Shown piece by piece: positions 12,991 to 26,620 of a DNA stretch of 64,000 nt. A program made the translations under genes and the position numbers. Source of the DNA: Callorhinchus milii (taxonomy: Eukaryota); NCBI RefSeq assembly GCF_018977255.1, contig NW_024704742.1, positions 97,218,001 to 97,282,000 on the forward strand, read 5' to 3'. Under the pieces are notes generated by a model, which had not been told where the DNA came from, ran no database searches, and worked only from the letters and a program-made list of their open reading frames with translations. Numbering within the stretch: the first letter of the stretch is position 1; each line of letters opens with the position of its first letter.

Positions 12991-13344
12991 TAAAGCCATC
13001 TCGGACCACCACTTTATCTCCCTCAACACCTCAGTATCCCTTCCCCTTTCCCAACCCTCCACCATTACATACCGTTCATGGAAAAAACTTTCCTCCCTCT
13101 CCACTGCCCTGGAGTCATTTGAACTCCTACACCTCTGGCTCTTACTGATCGATCTCTCCTCCTCACTCTACTTTCTCCACAACTTCCTTTCCTCCATTCT
13201 GGACTCCCTTGCCCCCCTCACCTCCCGGACTGTCTCATACTCCCGCAAGTCCCCCGGTACACCAGTGCAAGCTGCTGAACGCGCCTGGACCAAATCCAAA
13301 CTAACGGTCCAAACTAACTGGATTAGACGGGGGAGAAATGCAGA

Positions 13345-13730
13345 ATAAACCTATAAGATCATCAAAGGGCATGATAGAGTAGATAGTGGGAGATTGTTTC
13401 CCCTGGTTGGAGAAACTAAAACCAGGGGTCACAACCTTAAAATCAGAGGCCAGCCCTTTCGCACTGAGTTGAGGAAGAACTTCTTCACTCAAAGGGTGGT
13501 TAATGTATGGAACTCACTACCCCAAAGGGCTGTTGACGCTCAGTCCTTGAACATGTTCAAGAGTAAGAGAGATAGATTTCTTATTGCAAAAGGTATTAAG
13601 GGATATGGGGATAAGGCCGGGTTAGGGTATTAGCTGGAGTTAGATTAGAAGATCAGCCATGATTGAATGGCGGGGCAGACTCGAAGGGCCGAATGGCCTA
13701 CTCCTGCTCCTACATGTTATGTTATGTTAA
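13345..13730 (+). mobile_element. CR1 3' end of a second subfamily nested in the large CR1
   Basis: TRGHNLKI..FFTQRVVNVWNSLP; (TGTTA)n tail; very similar to 25105-25480. Confidence 0.85.
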
Positions 13731-16700
13731 ACTAAGTCGATCTTGGAGTGCATGTGCGTAAACGCATGGAGTGTGACAAATAAGATTGGTGAGCTGCAGC
13801 CTCAAGTTGCCACATGGGTTTATGATGTAGGGGCAATAACAGAGACCTGGCTCACACAAGGGCAGGAATAGGAGCTGAATATTCTGGCTACAATGTATTC
13901 AGGCGAGATAGAGAATGAAAAAAATGGAGGGTTGGGGGTGGCAATATTAAAGACTTGGTTACGGCCCTGGAACAGAATCTATTTGGTTAGTGTTAAGAAG
14001 CAGAAAATGAGCTCTTACTATGTTAGGTGTATACTATAGACCACAAAATAGTGGGAAGTAGATAGACGAGCAAATCTGCAAGCAGATTTCAGAAAGATGC
14101 AAAACCAATAGAGTAGTGATAATGGAGGACTTCAATTATCCTAAACTGGCATAATAACAATGTAAAGGGAAAGGAAGGGGGAGGATTCCTAAAATGTGTA
14201 CAGGATAACTTTCTGGATCAATATGTTTCCAGCCCAATGAGGAAGGAGGCAGTGCTGGATCTTGTTCTGGGGAATGAAGTAAGTTAAGTGGAGCAGGTTT
14301 CAATAGGAGAATATCTGTCTGGACAACAGTGATCACAACATCATTAGGTTTAGAGTACTTATGGAAAGGGACAAGGTACAGTCAAAGGTGAAGATATTTA
14401 ACTGGAAGAGGGATAATTTCAGTGAGTTAAAAAGGGACCTAGCCAAGGTGGACTGAAAGAAAGATTGGCAGGTAAAACAGCTATCGAGTAAGGAGATAGT
14501 TCGGGAACAGAACAAGTGTACGGCATCCAAACCACTCTGGATGAATAAGGAAATTGGGATTAAAACAGAAAAAGGAGGCTCATGATAAGTGTCATATCCA
14601 AAATACAAAATATAATCAAATAGAATATAGAAAGTACAGAGGAGAACTGAAAAAGGAAATCAGAGGGGCAAAGAGTATGTTTGAGAAAAGATTAGCAGGT
14701 AACACAAAAGGGAACCCTAAGGTATTTTAAAGCATATAAAGAATAAAAGGTTAGCCAAAGGTAGGGCGGGTCTAATTAGGGACCAAAGAGGAAATCTTCT
14801 TGTGGAGGCAAAGGGTATGGCTGATGTACTGAATGAGTACTTTGCATCTGTCTTCACAAAAGAAGAGGGTGCAGTCAAGGCCACAGTATCAGAGGAGCGT
14901 GTAGAGAAATTGGAAAACATAAGACTAAACCGAGAGGAGGTACTAAAAAGGTTGTCGGCGCTCAAGGTAGATAGGTCACCAGTCCAAATGAGATTCATCC
15001 TAAGTTACTGAGGGAAGTAAGGGTGGAAATAATGGAGGTTCTGGCCACAATCTTTCAATCATTCTTGGATACCGGGGTGGTGCCAGAGCACTGGAGGGTT
15101 GCAAATGTTACTCCCCTGTACAAAAAGGGGCAGAAGGATAAACCCAGGAACTACAGGCCAGTCAAGCCTAATATCAGTAGTGGGGAAACCTCCAAAGACT
15201 GTAATCCAGGACAAAATACATTTTCACTTAATTAACCCATATTTTTCTAAGGACAGCCAACACGGATTTGTTAAAGGCAAATCGTATCTAACAAACCCGA
15301 TTGAGCTTTTTGATAAAGTAACGGAGAGGGTGGATGAAGGTAGTGCAGTTGATGTAGTTTATATGGATTTTCAAAAGGCGTTTGATAAAGTGCCACATAA
15401 AAGATTTGTAAGCAAAATAGAAGCCCACTGTATTAAAGGGACAGTGGCAGCATGGATACAGAACTGGCTGGGAGACAGAAAGCAGAGAGTGGTGGTGAAC
15501 GGTTGTTTTTCTGACTGGAGGGAAGTGTGCAGTGGTGTCCCCCAGGGGTCGGTATTGGGACCACTGCTATTTTTGATCTATATAAATGTCCTAGACTTGG
15601 GTATAAAGAGTACAATTTCCAAGTTTGCAGATAAGGCTAAGCTAGGAAAAGTAGTAAACAGTGAGGAGGATAGCAGCAGACTGCAAGAGGACATAGACAG
15701 ACTGGTAAAATGGGCAGACACGTGGCAGATGAAGTTTAATGTGGAGAAATGCAAAGTGATGCATTTTGGGAGGAAGAATGAGGAATATAAACTGATGGTA
15801 CAATCTTAAAGGGGGTGAAGGAAGAGAGAGACCTGGGGGTTCATGTAAGTAAATCTTTGAAGGTGGTAGGACAGGTAGATAAAGCTGTTAAAAAACATAC
15901 GGGATATTAAAGCTTTATAAATAGAGGCATAGAATACAAAAGTCAGGAAGTTATGATGAACCTTTATAAAACACTGGTTAGGCCTCAGCTAGAGTACTGT
16001 GTTCAGTTTTGGGCACCTCACTTTAGGAAGGATATCACGGCATTGGAGAGGAGATTTACTAGGATAGTACCAGGACTGAGGGACTTCAGTTATCAGGGGA
16101 GGCTAGAGAAGCTAGGATTATTCTCCTTGGAGGAGAGAAAGTTAAGTGGAGACTCAATAGAAGTATTCAAAATTAGGAGGGGATTCGATAGGGTGAACAA
16201 GGAGAAACTATTTCCACTGGTGGGTGGGTTGGTAACCCGAGGACGCTGATTTAAAATAGTTGCTAAAAGAAACAGAAGGGAGGTGAGGAGAATTTTTTTT
16301 TTTTTTTTTTTTTTTACAGAGAGTTGTTCGGATCTGAAATGCATTGTCTGAAAGGATGGAGAAAGCCGACTTGATAATAGCTTTTAAGAGAGAAGTAGAT
16401 AATTATTTGGGGAGGACAAGTTTGCTGGGCTATGGGGAGAGAGCGAGTTAGTGGGATTGATTTGGATAGCTCTTCTCAAAAAGCTGGTAGAGACACGATG
16501 GGCCGAATGGCCTCCTTCTGCGCTGTACAATTCTATGATAAGTAATTGTATTTTCTATTTCCCCATACCCTTTTAAGTATTGGAATAAAAAGTTTTATTT
16601 CTACATCAGATTCAGAGTTCTGAACAAAGTATTTTTTTAGAAATAAATTTAAAATGCAAATAAGTCAAAATTTTAGGAGCAAATCATGTGACTTTTACCA

Positions 16701-16823
16701 ACAAAGTTTCAGCAAAATATTTGCCTCAGAACATATCAAAGTGAACATTTGCAATAATGTTCAAAACACCCAAAAATATACATTTTGTTTAAACACAATC
16801 TATAAAAGAAATTAAATACTCAC

Positions 16824-16933
16824 GTTATCTTCATAACGAATATGGATGTTGGTAATTTGAACCTGCAAATTCTTAATAACCTGAGTAACCAACTTTTCAA
16901 CAAACGTGTCTTGCTTTTCTTCTTTTGGTTTCC
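16824..16933 (-). CDS. VPS13A: VPS13A exon 6
   Basis: 110 nt, [36 protein letters not shown], cag/gtgagt flanks. Confidence 0.93.
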
Positions 16934-18534
16934 CTGAAAAGGAAAGGATTTAATAATGGTAAAAATCACACTACCACATGTCATCTTGCTTCATCATGAA
17001 GCACTGCAACATGAAAAATTAAACAACCATTATCTTAAACTTGGTGGTGGTGGTGGGGGAAGGAGAGAGACCAAATGTGCATTTGCTAGCCCTTAAAAGC
17101 GACAGGGGTCCAGTTAAAGTAGCTTCCACTGCATTAGAAAAGGCTTACAGATCTGAACTTGTACTCATCAGNAAAAAAATGAGGCAAGGAATACAACACA
17201 CAAGTTATTTCAGACATAGATGATTTGGATTTGAACAAGATGACAAGTATATACCCAGAGACTTGGTGAAAATTTTGTGTGCAGAAAAGGATGTCAATTT
17301 GAAATTACGTAATGTGGGAACAGATGAATATTGGGGAATCGAGAAATAAATATGCATACTTTTCACCAAAATACAGAAAATACAATATATTATCTATTGA
17401 TGAAGGACTCAATACGAATGTGGAACTAAAGCAATATCTAGTGTCCAGAGACGACAATGGTTATTTTCTGAGTAAAAATTAAGGTTGAAAACACTAAGAA
17501 GCCTTTTTAAAAAACTGAGGGGGTAAATTTCACCCAAGTCTAGACTTACTCTAATTTTAGAGCATCTAGAATTTGGCAAATAGTTCAATTCAGTCTTAAC
17601 TTTAACATCAATTTTCTCTAGTTCTTATAAAGACTTAGAGAAAACCAAAATTAAGGATAAATTTAAGAATGCTAAAAGATTTGGTCTAGACCCAGGTGGA
17701 CAATCTCCCTGTAATATTTTGGCAAGATATCTTTGAGGGTATGAAGAATAAAATATGAGTTTAAAGTGGGAGATGATATTAAAAGTAAAGGATATGGAAG
17801 GAAATTGGAAAGGTTCAGGTGAGAAGTACACCCTGTTTGCCTGTTCAGGTAGACACTAAAGAATTTCTCCTAGTGCCAGTAACAAAAATCAGTCAGAGAA
17901 AAAAAAATTCCATTTACTTTGTGGCTGTTTGTGGAACACTACTGTGCACAAATTGGCTGCCATGTTCCCAAAATACAGTCACTACACTCTACAGAAAACT
18001 CTCAAGATGTTTTGAGATGTTCTCATGTGATACGACAGCAAATGCAAGGATTAATATTATTATAGGTTTTAAATAAATGTTTTAATATGCAAAATAAATT
18101 TATCCCTGAAATAAATTGTGGGGAAACAAAGAAACATTGCCGATCACCAAGAAAGTTACGGAAGCTTTGTATTATATTCCCGATTTACCATTAATATTCT
18201 GCTTTATAAAATATACACCATGTGCTGACATTTACAAGTGAAAGCATAAAACGGTTTTATGGTGCTGGAAGAGATATACTTCATTTCTAATGGGCTTAAT
18301 CAAAACTCCACCTTCCATATCCTCACTCCACCAAACTCTGCTTACCAATCATCCTAACTCTCACCAAGCTCTATTGGCTCTCAGTCTTCAAACATATAGA
18401 CTTCAAGGTCCTCACTCATATATAATTTCCTTCATGCCCTCTTCTCTCTGATCTGCTTTTACCTCGCACCCCCCCACCCTCCCACTCAGCTACATAAGCC
18501 TGGGGCCCTTTGTGCCAGCGTGGCCGAGCCTTCA

Positions 18535-18787
18535 GTACTTCAATTCCAGGCAGGGCGAAACCTTGAGCAAGTTTCCTTACTCCACACGCCTAATAATCAC
18601 TCCAAAACCAAAAAAAATAATAAATTGGTCATTTTCAATCTACGACTGTTTGTGGGACATTGCTGTGCGCAAATTGCTGCCGCATTCGCCCACAAAGATA
18701 CAGTCAATTTACTTTACAGTGTGTTCCGTGAAGTACTTTCCTGACGTGAAAAGCGCTATATCAAATGCAAGGATTATTATTATTATA
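18535..18787 (+). mobile_element. L2-tailed tRNA-SINE, 5'-truncated
   Basis: Same body and tail as 39507-39823. Confidence 0.8.
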
Positions 18788-18990
18788 GTAACTATGCCTC
18801 TATTCCTGCCTCTATCCTTCTTGCTTGCTCCTCTGTCTTTAAAATCCTATCTTCAAATCTACCTCTTCTGCGCCTGTAGTAACCTCACCACTTCTCCCTT
18901 GCTTGGCATCCAATCCAGTCATTGTGAAGCACTCAGATGTTTTCCTACGTGAATAGTGTTATATAAATGCAAGTTGTTTGTGTACTTTAC

Positions 18991-19092
18991 CTTTGTCAGC
19001 AACCTTTTGCTTTGCTTCTTCAATTCTCTTTAATTCCCTTTGTTTGAGTTCGTGAAGCTGCCGTCTTTCTTTCTCTGCATCATATGTTATAC
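18991..19092 (-). CDS. VPS13A: VPS13A exon 5
   Basis: 102 nt, ITYDAEKERRQLHELKQRELKRIEEAKQKVADK; ELKRIEEAKQKV matches VPS13A as recalled. Confidence 0.93.
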
Positions 19093-19369
19093 CTGGAACA
19101 TGCAATTCAAATATAGTATTATACAATTCCAATATTATTTAAGTCAATTTATCAAGCACATTTTTAAAAAAATATATATCTATTCTTTCAACTGGCTTAA
19201 TAGATGAAATTCAGAAACAAACTTCAATTAGACGAATAGTTGCTTTTCCTCGTACTTATTCATTTGGGCAAGTGATGAGTGGAAAACAAAAACAGGAGTT
19301 AACTTAGATTTCATTCAAACTTTTTCTTGGTTTGGAAATCATAGTATAGATCAATTGCCTAAGACTTAT

Positions 19370-19905
19370 TCTGGTCCCCACATTATAGAAGGGATGTGGA
19401 GGCACTGGAGAGGGTGCAAAGGAGATTCACAAGGATGATCCCAGAACTGAAGGGTTATACCTATCAGGAAAGGCTGAACATACCTGGATTCTTTTCTCTT
19501 GAAAAGAGGGTAAGGGTTGACCTGATAGAGGTCTTTGAAATGATGAAAGGTTTTGATAAGGTAGATGTAGGGAAGATGTTTCTACTTGTGGGGAGACCAA
19601 AACCAGGGGCCATCAATATAAAATAGTCACAAATAGATCAAACAGGGAAGTTAGAAGAAATTTCTTTACACAGAGTAGTGGGAATGTGGAACATACTACC
19701 ACACGGCGTTATAGATCAAATAGCATAGATGCATTTAAGAGGAAGCTAGATAGGTACATGAGGGAGAAAGGAATAGAAGGTTATGCTTGAAGACTTAGTT
19801 GAGGAAGGGCAGAGGTGGCTCACATGGAGCATAAACACCCGCATAGACCAGTTGGGCCAAATGGCCTGTTTCTGTGCTGTATATTCTAATGTATTCTAAT
19901 GTATT
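19370..19905 (+). mobile_element. CR1 3' fragment
   Basis: ALERVQRRFTRMIP..FSLEKR; tail with (TATTCTAATG) repeats. Confidence 0.85.
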
Positions 19906-20337
19906 ATTCATGCTACAAAACAACAACAAAATTATATTTATAGAGCGCCTTTCACGTCGGGAGGAGTCCCAAAGCGCTGAAAGGTGAGATTGCAAAATTC
20001 ACTGTTGACATACATTTCGGCATATTATTTGTGATCAAAAAGTCTAATCAAGATCAAATGTATACCATATTATCATATATGGTACAACTAGAGTAACCAC
20101 CATCAAAGACTAAGCAGCATCCATCGAAGCTTTCTAAGATAGGTTTCCAAGAAATTTTCTTTACACTAACCAGCTTTAAACAAGGTTTAGTTAATATATA
20201 GTATACACTTCCCATTTACAAATGCTACTTGATTTGTACTATAAACATTGCATGCATAACATTACTTCTGTAAAAGATTCACGTAGTTTTCATTATAGAT
20301 TTGATCTGAAAAATTATTGTAAAAAAGTTTTACTCAC

Positions 20338-20433
20338 TGGCACTAGGAACCACAAGCAAATAAACTCCGTCAAGTATAGCATCTACCGGTTGATTATAGA
20401 GATTATTCCATGGAATCTTCAGTTGAAGTTTGG
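20338..20433 (-). CDS. VPS13A: VPS13A exon 4
   Basis: 96 nt, cag/gtgagt flanks, KLQLKIPWNNLYNQPVDAILDGVYLLVVPSA; QPV is VPS13A-like. Confidence 0.92.
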
Positions 20434-20654
20434 CTGAAACATGCAAAAGTAGTTAAATGAAAAAGTACTAAGAGTTGAAAGATGTTATAAAATAATAATC
20501 CTTGCATTTGATATAGCGCCTGATCACGTCTTCGAGACGTCTCAAAGCGCTTCACAGAATATACTGTGAAGTGAATTGACTATATATTTGTGGGCAAAAC
20601 ATGGCAGCCAATTACGCACAGAATAGATGGGATGAAAAGAATGAGGGAGCATCC

Positions 20655-21020
20655 TAACAACAACTTGCATTTATTTAGCGCCCTTCACACAGGTAGCATC
20701 CTGGAGCGCTTCACAGTGGTGGAGTCTGACAATGAGCCAAGGGGAGTGGGTAGGTGACCATAAGCACAATCAAAAAGGAAGGTCTTTAGGCGGGATTTGA
20801 AGGTGGGGAAGGAGAAGGCAAGGCGGAGGGATCGAGGGAGAGAGTTCCAGAGTTTGAGGGCGTAGCGGCTGAAGGCACAGCCACCAATGGTGGAACGGAT
20901 GCAACGAGGGGCAATTAGGAGGCCGGAACCAGTTGAGCAGAGGCAGCAGTTGGTGGAGTGGGAGGTAAGCAGGTTGGATAGGTAGGGAGGTGCGAGGGAA
21001 TTAAGTGATTTGAAATCAAG
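20655..21020 (-). mobile_element. L2 3' fragment
   Basis: LAPPYLSNLL..AFS...LWNSLP..FKSRLKTFLF. Confidence 0.8.
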
Positions 21021-21199
21021 TGAAGTGATACATCCTTCTGCATGTAACAAACGTATTCCTCATCTGCTTTAGGCAAAGATTAATGTGGTCAAGATTAGAG
21101 GCAAAACAGTTACCATCAAAATCATTGATACATTATACAATATATTTCATATAATGTATAAATTATAATAATGTATATAATGTATTTTATATAATGTCT

Positions 21200-21490
21200 C
21201 CTTCCCCACCTTCAAATTCCCCGACCCACCCGCCCCACCACTGGCGGGAGAGCCTTCAGCCACTCCGCCCCCAACCTCTGGAATTCCATCCCCCAGTCAC
21301 TCTGTCTCGCCCCCTCCTTAGCCTCCTTCAAGTTCCGCCTCAAGACCCTCCTCTTCGACCATGCCATCGGCCACTCCCCTTCCCCTCTCACCGACCCCAG
21401 CTCGGGTCTGAAATGCTGTACTCAGTCCAGCGCCTTGGGACGTCCTCCCGATGTGAAAGACGCTTACAAATGTAATCTTGTTGGTTGTTT
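21200..21490 (+). mobile_element. L2 3' end
   Basis: L2 3' UTR and tail. Confidence 0.78.
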
Positions 21491-21646
21491 TGTATATAAT
21501 CAGTTGGTAGGAGTCTTGCCTTTAGAGTCAGAAAACTGTGGATCCAAAACCCAGATCGAGACTTTGTAGGCTCATAAATATCTATGTGTTGAAAGAGGCT
21601 CCAAAAAGTTAAATCTCATCAGTTGCAGTAGAAGCGAAACACTTAC

Positions 21647-21689
21647 CAATATGCCCAGCTTTTACTTTGAATGGTACATCCAACTCACT
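21647..21689 (-). CDS. VPS13A: VPS13A exon 3
   Basis: 43 nt, cag/gtaagt flanks, SELDVPFKVKAGHI. Confidence 0.93.
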
Positions 21690-22285
21690 CTGGAAAACAA
21701 ATAAACACAGATGTAAAATCAAACTTTAAACAATTACAACATCTCTGAAACTTATCAATCACCAACTAGACGATTTGTTTTTTTTTATATTTAGATTATT
21801 GCAGCTAGTATAATTAAATAATATTTGGCTACCAGAAGGGCTGGAAACATTATTTGTGTCTCTGCTATTCCCATTCATTCAAAGTCTCCATTTCCATGCA
21901 CTTAATTCAGGTAGTAATCTCTTGTGGAAAACATTAGGACATGCCTTCTGAAAGTTCATGCAGATGACATTGATTGATCACCTGTTTCACATCTCAGTGA
22001 CTGTGTCAAAGAACTCTATAAAATTAGTCTAGCTATCATAAAACAACATTGACTCTCCACAATCACTTTTTAATTTATCCAAATGCTTATTTTCTGTCCA
22101 TGATGATGGATGCAGGTCTGCTGTTGGCCAACTATTGAATTAATGGAGGAGTGTAGATAATGGAGTCTATCAATACTCGCCACTGAAACTTAACTTTGAG
22201 CCTTACATTTTCAATTTCAATCCAATGGTCCATATTGCACAGTATGAAATCAAACACAAAATAAACGCCAAAAAAAAACCCTTAC

Positions 22286-22329
22286 CAATGCATTTTCTTT
22301 AACTTCGAGGTTTGTGAGTACTGCATTTC
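22286..22329 (-). CDS. VPS13A: VPS13A exon 2
   Basis: 44 nt, AG/GT flanks, (G)NAVLTNLEVKENAL in frame with exon 1. Confidence 0.92.
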
Positions 22330-22424
22330 CTGTAATACAACACAAAATATTTTGTAGCAGGTAATGACTGAAAGAAATCAGTAAAATCATACATGCAGAG
22401 TTAATAAACCTTAATAATCTTCAA

Positions 22425-23372
22425 AAAAAAAACCTTCCCTGGATCGATCTCTGCTCTCAAATTACCAACCCATCTCCAACCTCCCTTTCCTTTCCAAGGT
22501 TCTTGAACTAGTCGTTTCCCAGCTTCGCACCTTCCTCTCTCACCACTCGCTATACAAACCCCTCCAATCGAATTTCCATCTGTGACCAGGGCTCCCTCTG
22601 TCCCCTCGTTCTCCTTGTCCTCTCTGCTGCCTTTGATACCATCGACCATTCTATCCTCCACAGCCTCTCCTCTCACCGCAACCTTCATGGTCCTTTCCTT
22701 GAATGGATCAGATCCTACCTCTCACACCGTTTCCACTTTGCCTCCACAAACAGCTTCCCCTCCAGCCCCCGCACAGTCTCGTGCGTGTTCCTCAGGGCTC
22801 TGTCCTTGGTCCTTTCCTCTTCAACGTGTACATGCTCCCTCTTGGTGACATCATTCACAGACATGGGTCAACTTCCACATGTATGTGGATGACTCCCAAC
22901 TCTATCTCTCTGCCTCCGCCCTCGATTCCAGGACATCTGATATCCTGACGGCTGCCTGTCAGACATCAAGTCCTGGATGAGAGCTAACTTTCTATAGTTG
23001 AACGTCAACAAGACCGAGGCTCTCCTGATTGGGTCCTGTCAGCGCCTCCGCACCTCAGACACTGGCAGCATCACCACCCATGAATGCAAACTCCACCTCA
23101 CTGAACTGGGCCCGTCGGCTTTCCCAACTCTTCCCTCCACAAGCTGCAGATCATTCAGAACTCCACAGCACATGTCCTCTACCACACTAGGCTCCGTGAC
23201 CCTATCACCCCCACCCTCGCCCAGCTCCACTGGCTCCCAATTCCCCAGAGGATAGAATTCCAAATCCTCATCCTCGCCTTCAAGGCCCTCCAATGACTTG
23301 CTCCTTCCTACCCCTGTGACCTGCTGACCCCATATCAACCTGACTGCTCTCTCCGCTCAGCAGGCTGTGGGT
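22425..23372 (+). mobile_element. L2 RT remnant with multiple internal deletions
   Basis: [35 protein letters not shown]. Confidence 0.85.
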
Positions 23373-24939
23373 ATTGGAAGAGTTCCCATCTAGCATCAAT
23401 GAATCCAGCTTTAATGTTTATCCAATTCATTTCCGACATATAGGACCGACAGAATAAATTATAAAGATTTTTGAGGTTTGAAATATTTTACTGAAGATAG
23501 GAACTATAACTCACTCTAAAATTGATGAGCCCCCTAGTGGGACATTAATCATATCTCAGAGCTTCATAATATAGCCTCCATTTGAAATGCAGCCATCAAA
23601 ATCCGGCAATTCAGATACATCTACGAATCAGGAATTAAAATTCCATGAGGATGAAATTATGAAGAAATATACTTGATACTTTCTGAATAAAAATTCCAAG
23701 AAGTCATTTCTATTTTTTTTACACACACACACACATACCTTGATAACAAATTATGAGTATATTTTGATATTTAGAGAAACTTTTGGCCCTCTGCAGACAA
23801 GGACCATTAATGTCAGTTTTAATCTCTAAACTAAAACCCCAAGTATTTATCAGGGGTTTCCCAGGACTATTTTTCAATCAAAGAAGAAGATAATCAGTGG
23901 GAGGGGAATTTAACAAAACAGGTAAATCAGTGAAAAACGGGATTTACTTTGTAATGTTAATAAAATTCAATCAATCAAGCCAGATACTAGTACTTGTTTT
24001 GTTTTTTAAAAAAAGACCTTCACAGATTGAGACAACAAACCAGATCAATGTTTTTGAATACACACTTATTCCAGAACTGGCTTACCAGTCTATGATCACA
24101 TTTCCAGAAACTGCTCACCTGCATGTACAATGGTACTTTGCATACATATCCAGACCAATAGTGCAGCAAATCATGGTTCAGAATATTAGCAAGAGTTCAG
24201 GCAGAATCCATTTTAACTTTCAAAATGACCTAAATAAATACCCAACAAGGAGTAAGCTGAAGGATTGCTCTTAAAAGAACCAACACAGACACAATGACCT
24301 TCTTGTGTGCTGTAAACATCTGTGGTTCGATCATGGATTGTAAATAGAAACAGCAAGTTTCTTAAAAATAAAATTTGAAATAAAAAATGTTACCAATTAA
24401 GTTTCACCCACAACATTTGGGATTTATAAGTGAAAACTGGTTAAAAAACATCTTTATATATAGTGTAAAAAATTATTTTGTCTTGCAATTTATGATCGCA
24501 CAGAATAACATAAACCTCTTAAATTCAGTTTTAATTTGGAAGCTATTTTTAAGTACTGAGAAAATTGGCTTCCAAGTTAAGATAGAATTTAAGAATTTTC
24601 CATAATAGAATTAGAGGAATGCTGAATTAGCAAGGTGGCTTCAGTTTACTTTGCCATTCAATTGCAGAAAACTATGGCTTATTGCCTGAATAGCAATAGA
24701 TCTGGAATTAAAGGTGGTGTGGAAGAGATAAGAGTTGGAAATCATATCGGAATAAACTAAACTAGCACCCACGATAGTTGGGGCCTCAGAGCAGACCACC
24801 CACTCTATGCTTCTGACTGAAGATGCATACTATATTTGGACTGTCATTCATGTCACATGCTGCATCTACTATGATTGACCGTTTCATGGAGTCTCCTCCC
24901 ATTAGTGGTATGCAGTTTTGGTCTGTATCCTTGTTACTG

Positions 24940-25480
24940 TGTGCAGTTTTGGTCGCCTTATTTAAGGAAGGACTACATGCCTTGGAGGGGGTGCAGTGTA
25001 GATTTACTAGGTTCGTACCAGGGATGAAGGGGATGTTACCAGGATAGGCTGACCAATTTTGGCTTATATTCTCTAGAATATAGATGAATTAGAGGGAATC
25101 TTATAGAAACCTATAAGATCATCAAAGGGCATGATAGAGTAGATAGTGGGAGATTGTTTCCCCTGGTTAGAGAAACTAATACCAGGGGTCACAACCTTAA
25201 AATCAGAGACCAGCCCTTTCGCACAGAGTTGAGGAGGAACCTATTCACTCAAAGGGTGGTGAATGTATGGAACTCACTACCCCAAAGGGCTGTTGACGCT
25301 CAGTCCTTGAACATATTCAAGACTGAGATAGATTTCTTATTGCAAAAGGGATTAAGGGATATGGGGATAAGGCATGGTGAGGTTATTAGCTGGTTAGATT
25401 AGAAGATCAGCCATGATTGAATGGCGAGGCAGGCTCGAAGGGCCATATGGCCTACTCCTGCTCCTACATGTTATGTTATG
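24940..25480 (+). mobile_element. CR1 3' fragment
   Basis: ALEGVQCRFTR; TRGHNLKI; (TGTTA)n tail. Confidence 0.85.
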
Positions 25481-25924
25481 CAACCTTGTCATTCTGCTCA
25501 ACTCTGAGATTTTTTTTAAATTTCCCCAAATGTAGTACATGACCAAGATCACAATATTCCACTTCCGAGCTGGAGATTGGGGAGGTTTCGGGTTGTAGTG
25601 GCTGAAAGCATAGTCGCCAATGGTGAAACAGAGGGGACAAACGGGAAGCCAGATGTTAATATAGGCTTCGTCGAAATGTATTTTTTTGATTACTATATAT
25701 CTAGAGTGAATATGCATATATGTATACATGTCTATGTATTAAGAGTTTTTAGAAATCATTGTAACAACGGAATTGTGGAGACTGGCTCTGTCAGCAAAAG
25801 AGAGGCAGTCACCTTGGTGCCAGCTGCTGTAACACAATGAACTTTACAGTATATTCTATGAAGTGCTTTGAGACATCTAGAAGATGCGATAAGACGCTAT
25901 ATCAAATGCAAGGATTATTATAAT

Positions 25925-26620
25925 AATAGTGCCTTTCACATCAAGAGGAAATCCCAAGGCGCTGGACAGTCAGGGATTTGGACCCGAGCTGGGGGTCGGG
26001 AGTGGGGAGGGTGAAGGGCAGAGCCGGGCAATGTTGCGGAGGTGGGGGAAGACAGAGCGGGTCATGGCACGGATGTGGGGTAGAAAAGACAGTTGAGGGT
26101 CAAACAAGACTCCAAGGTTCCGGACTGGCTCAGTGAGGTGGAGTGCGCATCCATGGATGATGGTGCTGTCAGCGCCTGAGGTGTGGAGCCGTTGACTTGA
26201 CCCAATCAGGAGGGCCTCGGTCTTGTTGTCGTTCAATTGTAGAAAGTTAGCTCTCATCCAGGACTTGATGTCTGACTGACATTCTATCAGGACAGCAGTG
26301 GCCCTGGAGTCGAGGGTGGAGGCAGAGAGGTAGAGTTGTGTGTCATCCGCATACATGTGGAGATGTCAAGGCGTGGGGATTTGTAAACAAGTGCGAGGAT
26401 CTTGAAGTCAATCTGCACCGTGGTGGAGTTCGACACCAAGATGGGGATAGAGGTACGATCAAAGAGGAAGATCTTCAGATTCAATCTGAAGTAAGAAGAG
26501 GCAGTCGAGGAAGATTACATGATCAACTGCATCAAAAGCAGCAGAGAGATCCAGCAGACTAAGGAGGCAGAGGGAGTCCTAGTTACAGAGAGAACGTTAT
26601 TTGTGACTTTGACAGGTGCT
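25925..26620 (-). mobile_element. L2 remnant; RT segment joined directly to the 3' tail
   Basis: [34 protein letters not shown] followed directly by the tail. Confidence 0.8.

Larger units (their letters stand above)
12185..16540 (+). mobile_element. Near full-length decayed CR1 LINE (ORF1 zinc finger/coiled coil near 12353-12557; ORF2 APE-RT near 13745-16300; 3' tail), interrupted by nested elements
   Basis: ORF1-like CTICAMWE..HMCRKC..LELRVSELEERL; APE-like NKIGELQ and ITETWL; RT motifs; tail GGGCCGAATGGCCTCCTTCTGCGCTGTACAATTCTATG. Confidence 0.88.

Noticed and set aside
7943..16030. Inversion between the inverted CR1 copies
   Set aside because: Exons 7 and 8 keep the correct order and orientation
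17172..17172. Single N base
   Set aside because: Assembly ambiguity beside an A run, no biological signal
18189..18224. Possible 36-nt frame-preserving alternative exon between exons 5 and 6
   Set aside because: AG/GT present but poor polypyrimidine tract and no recognisable homology
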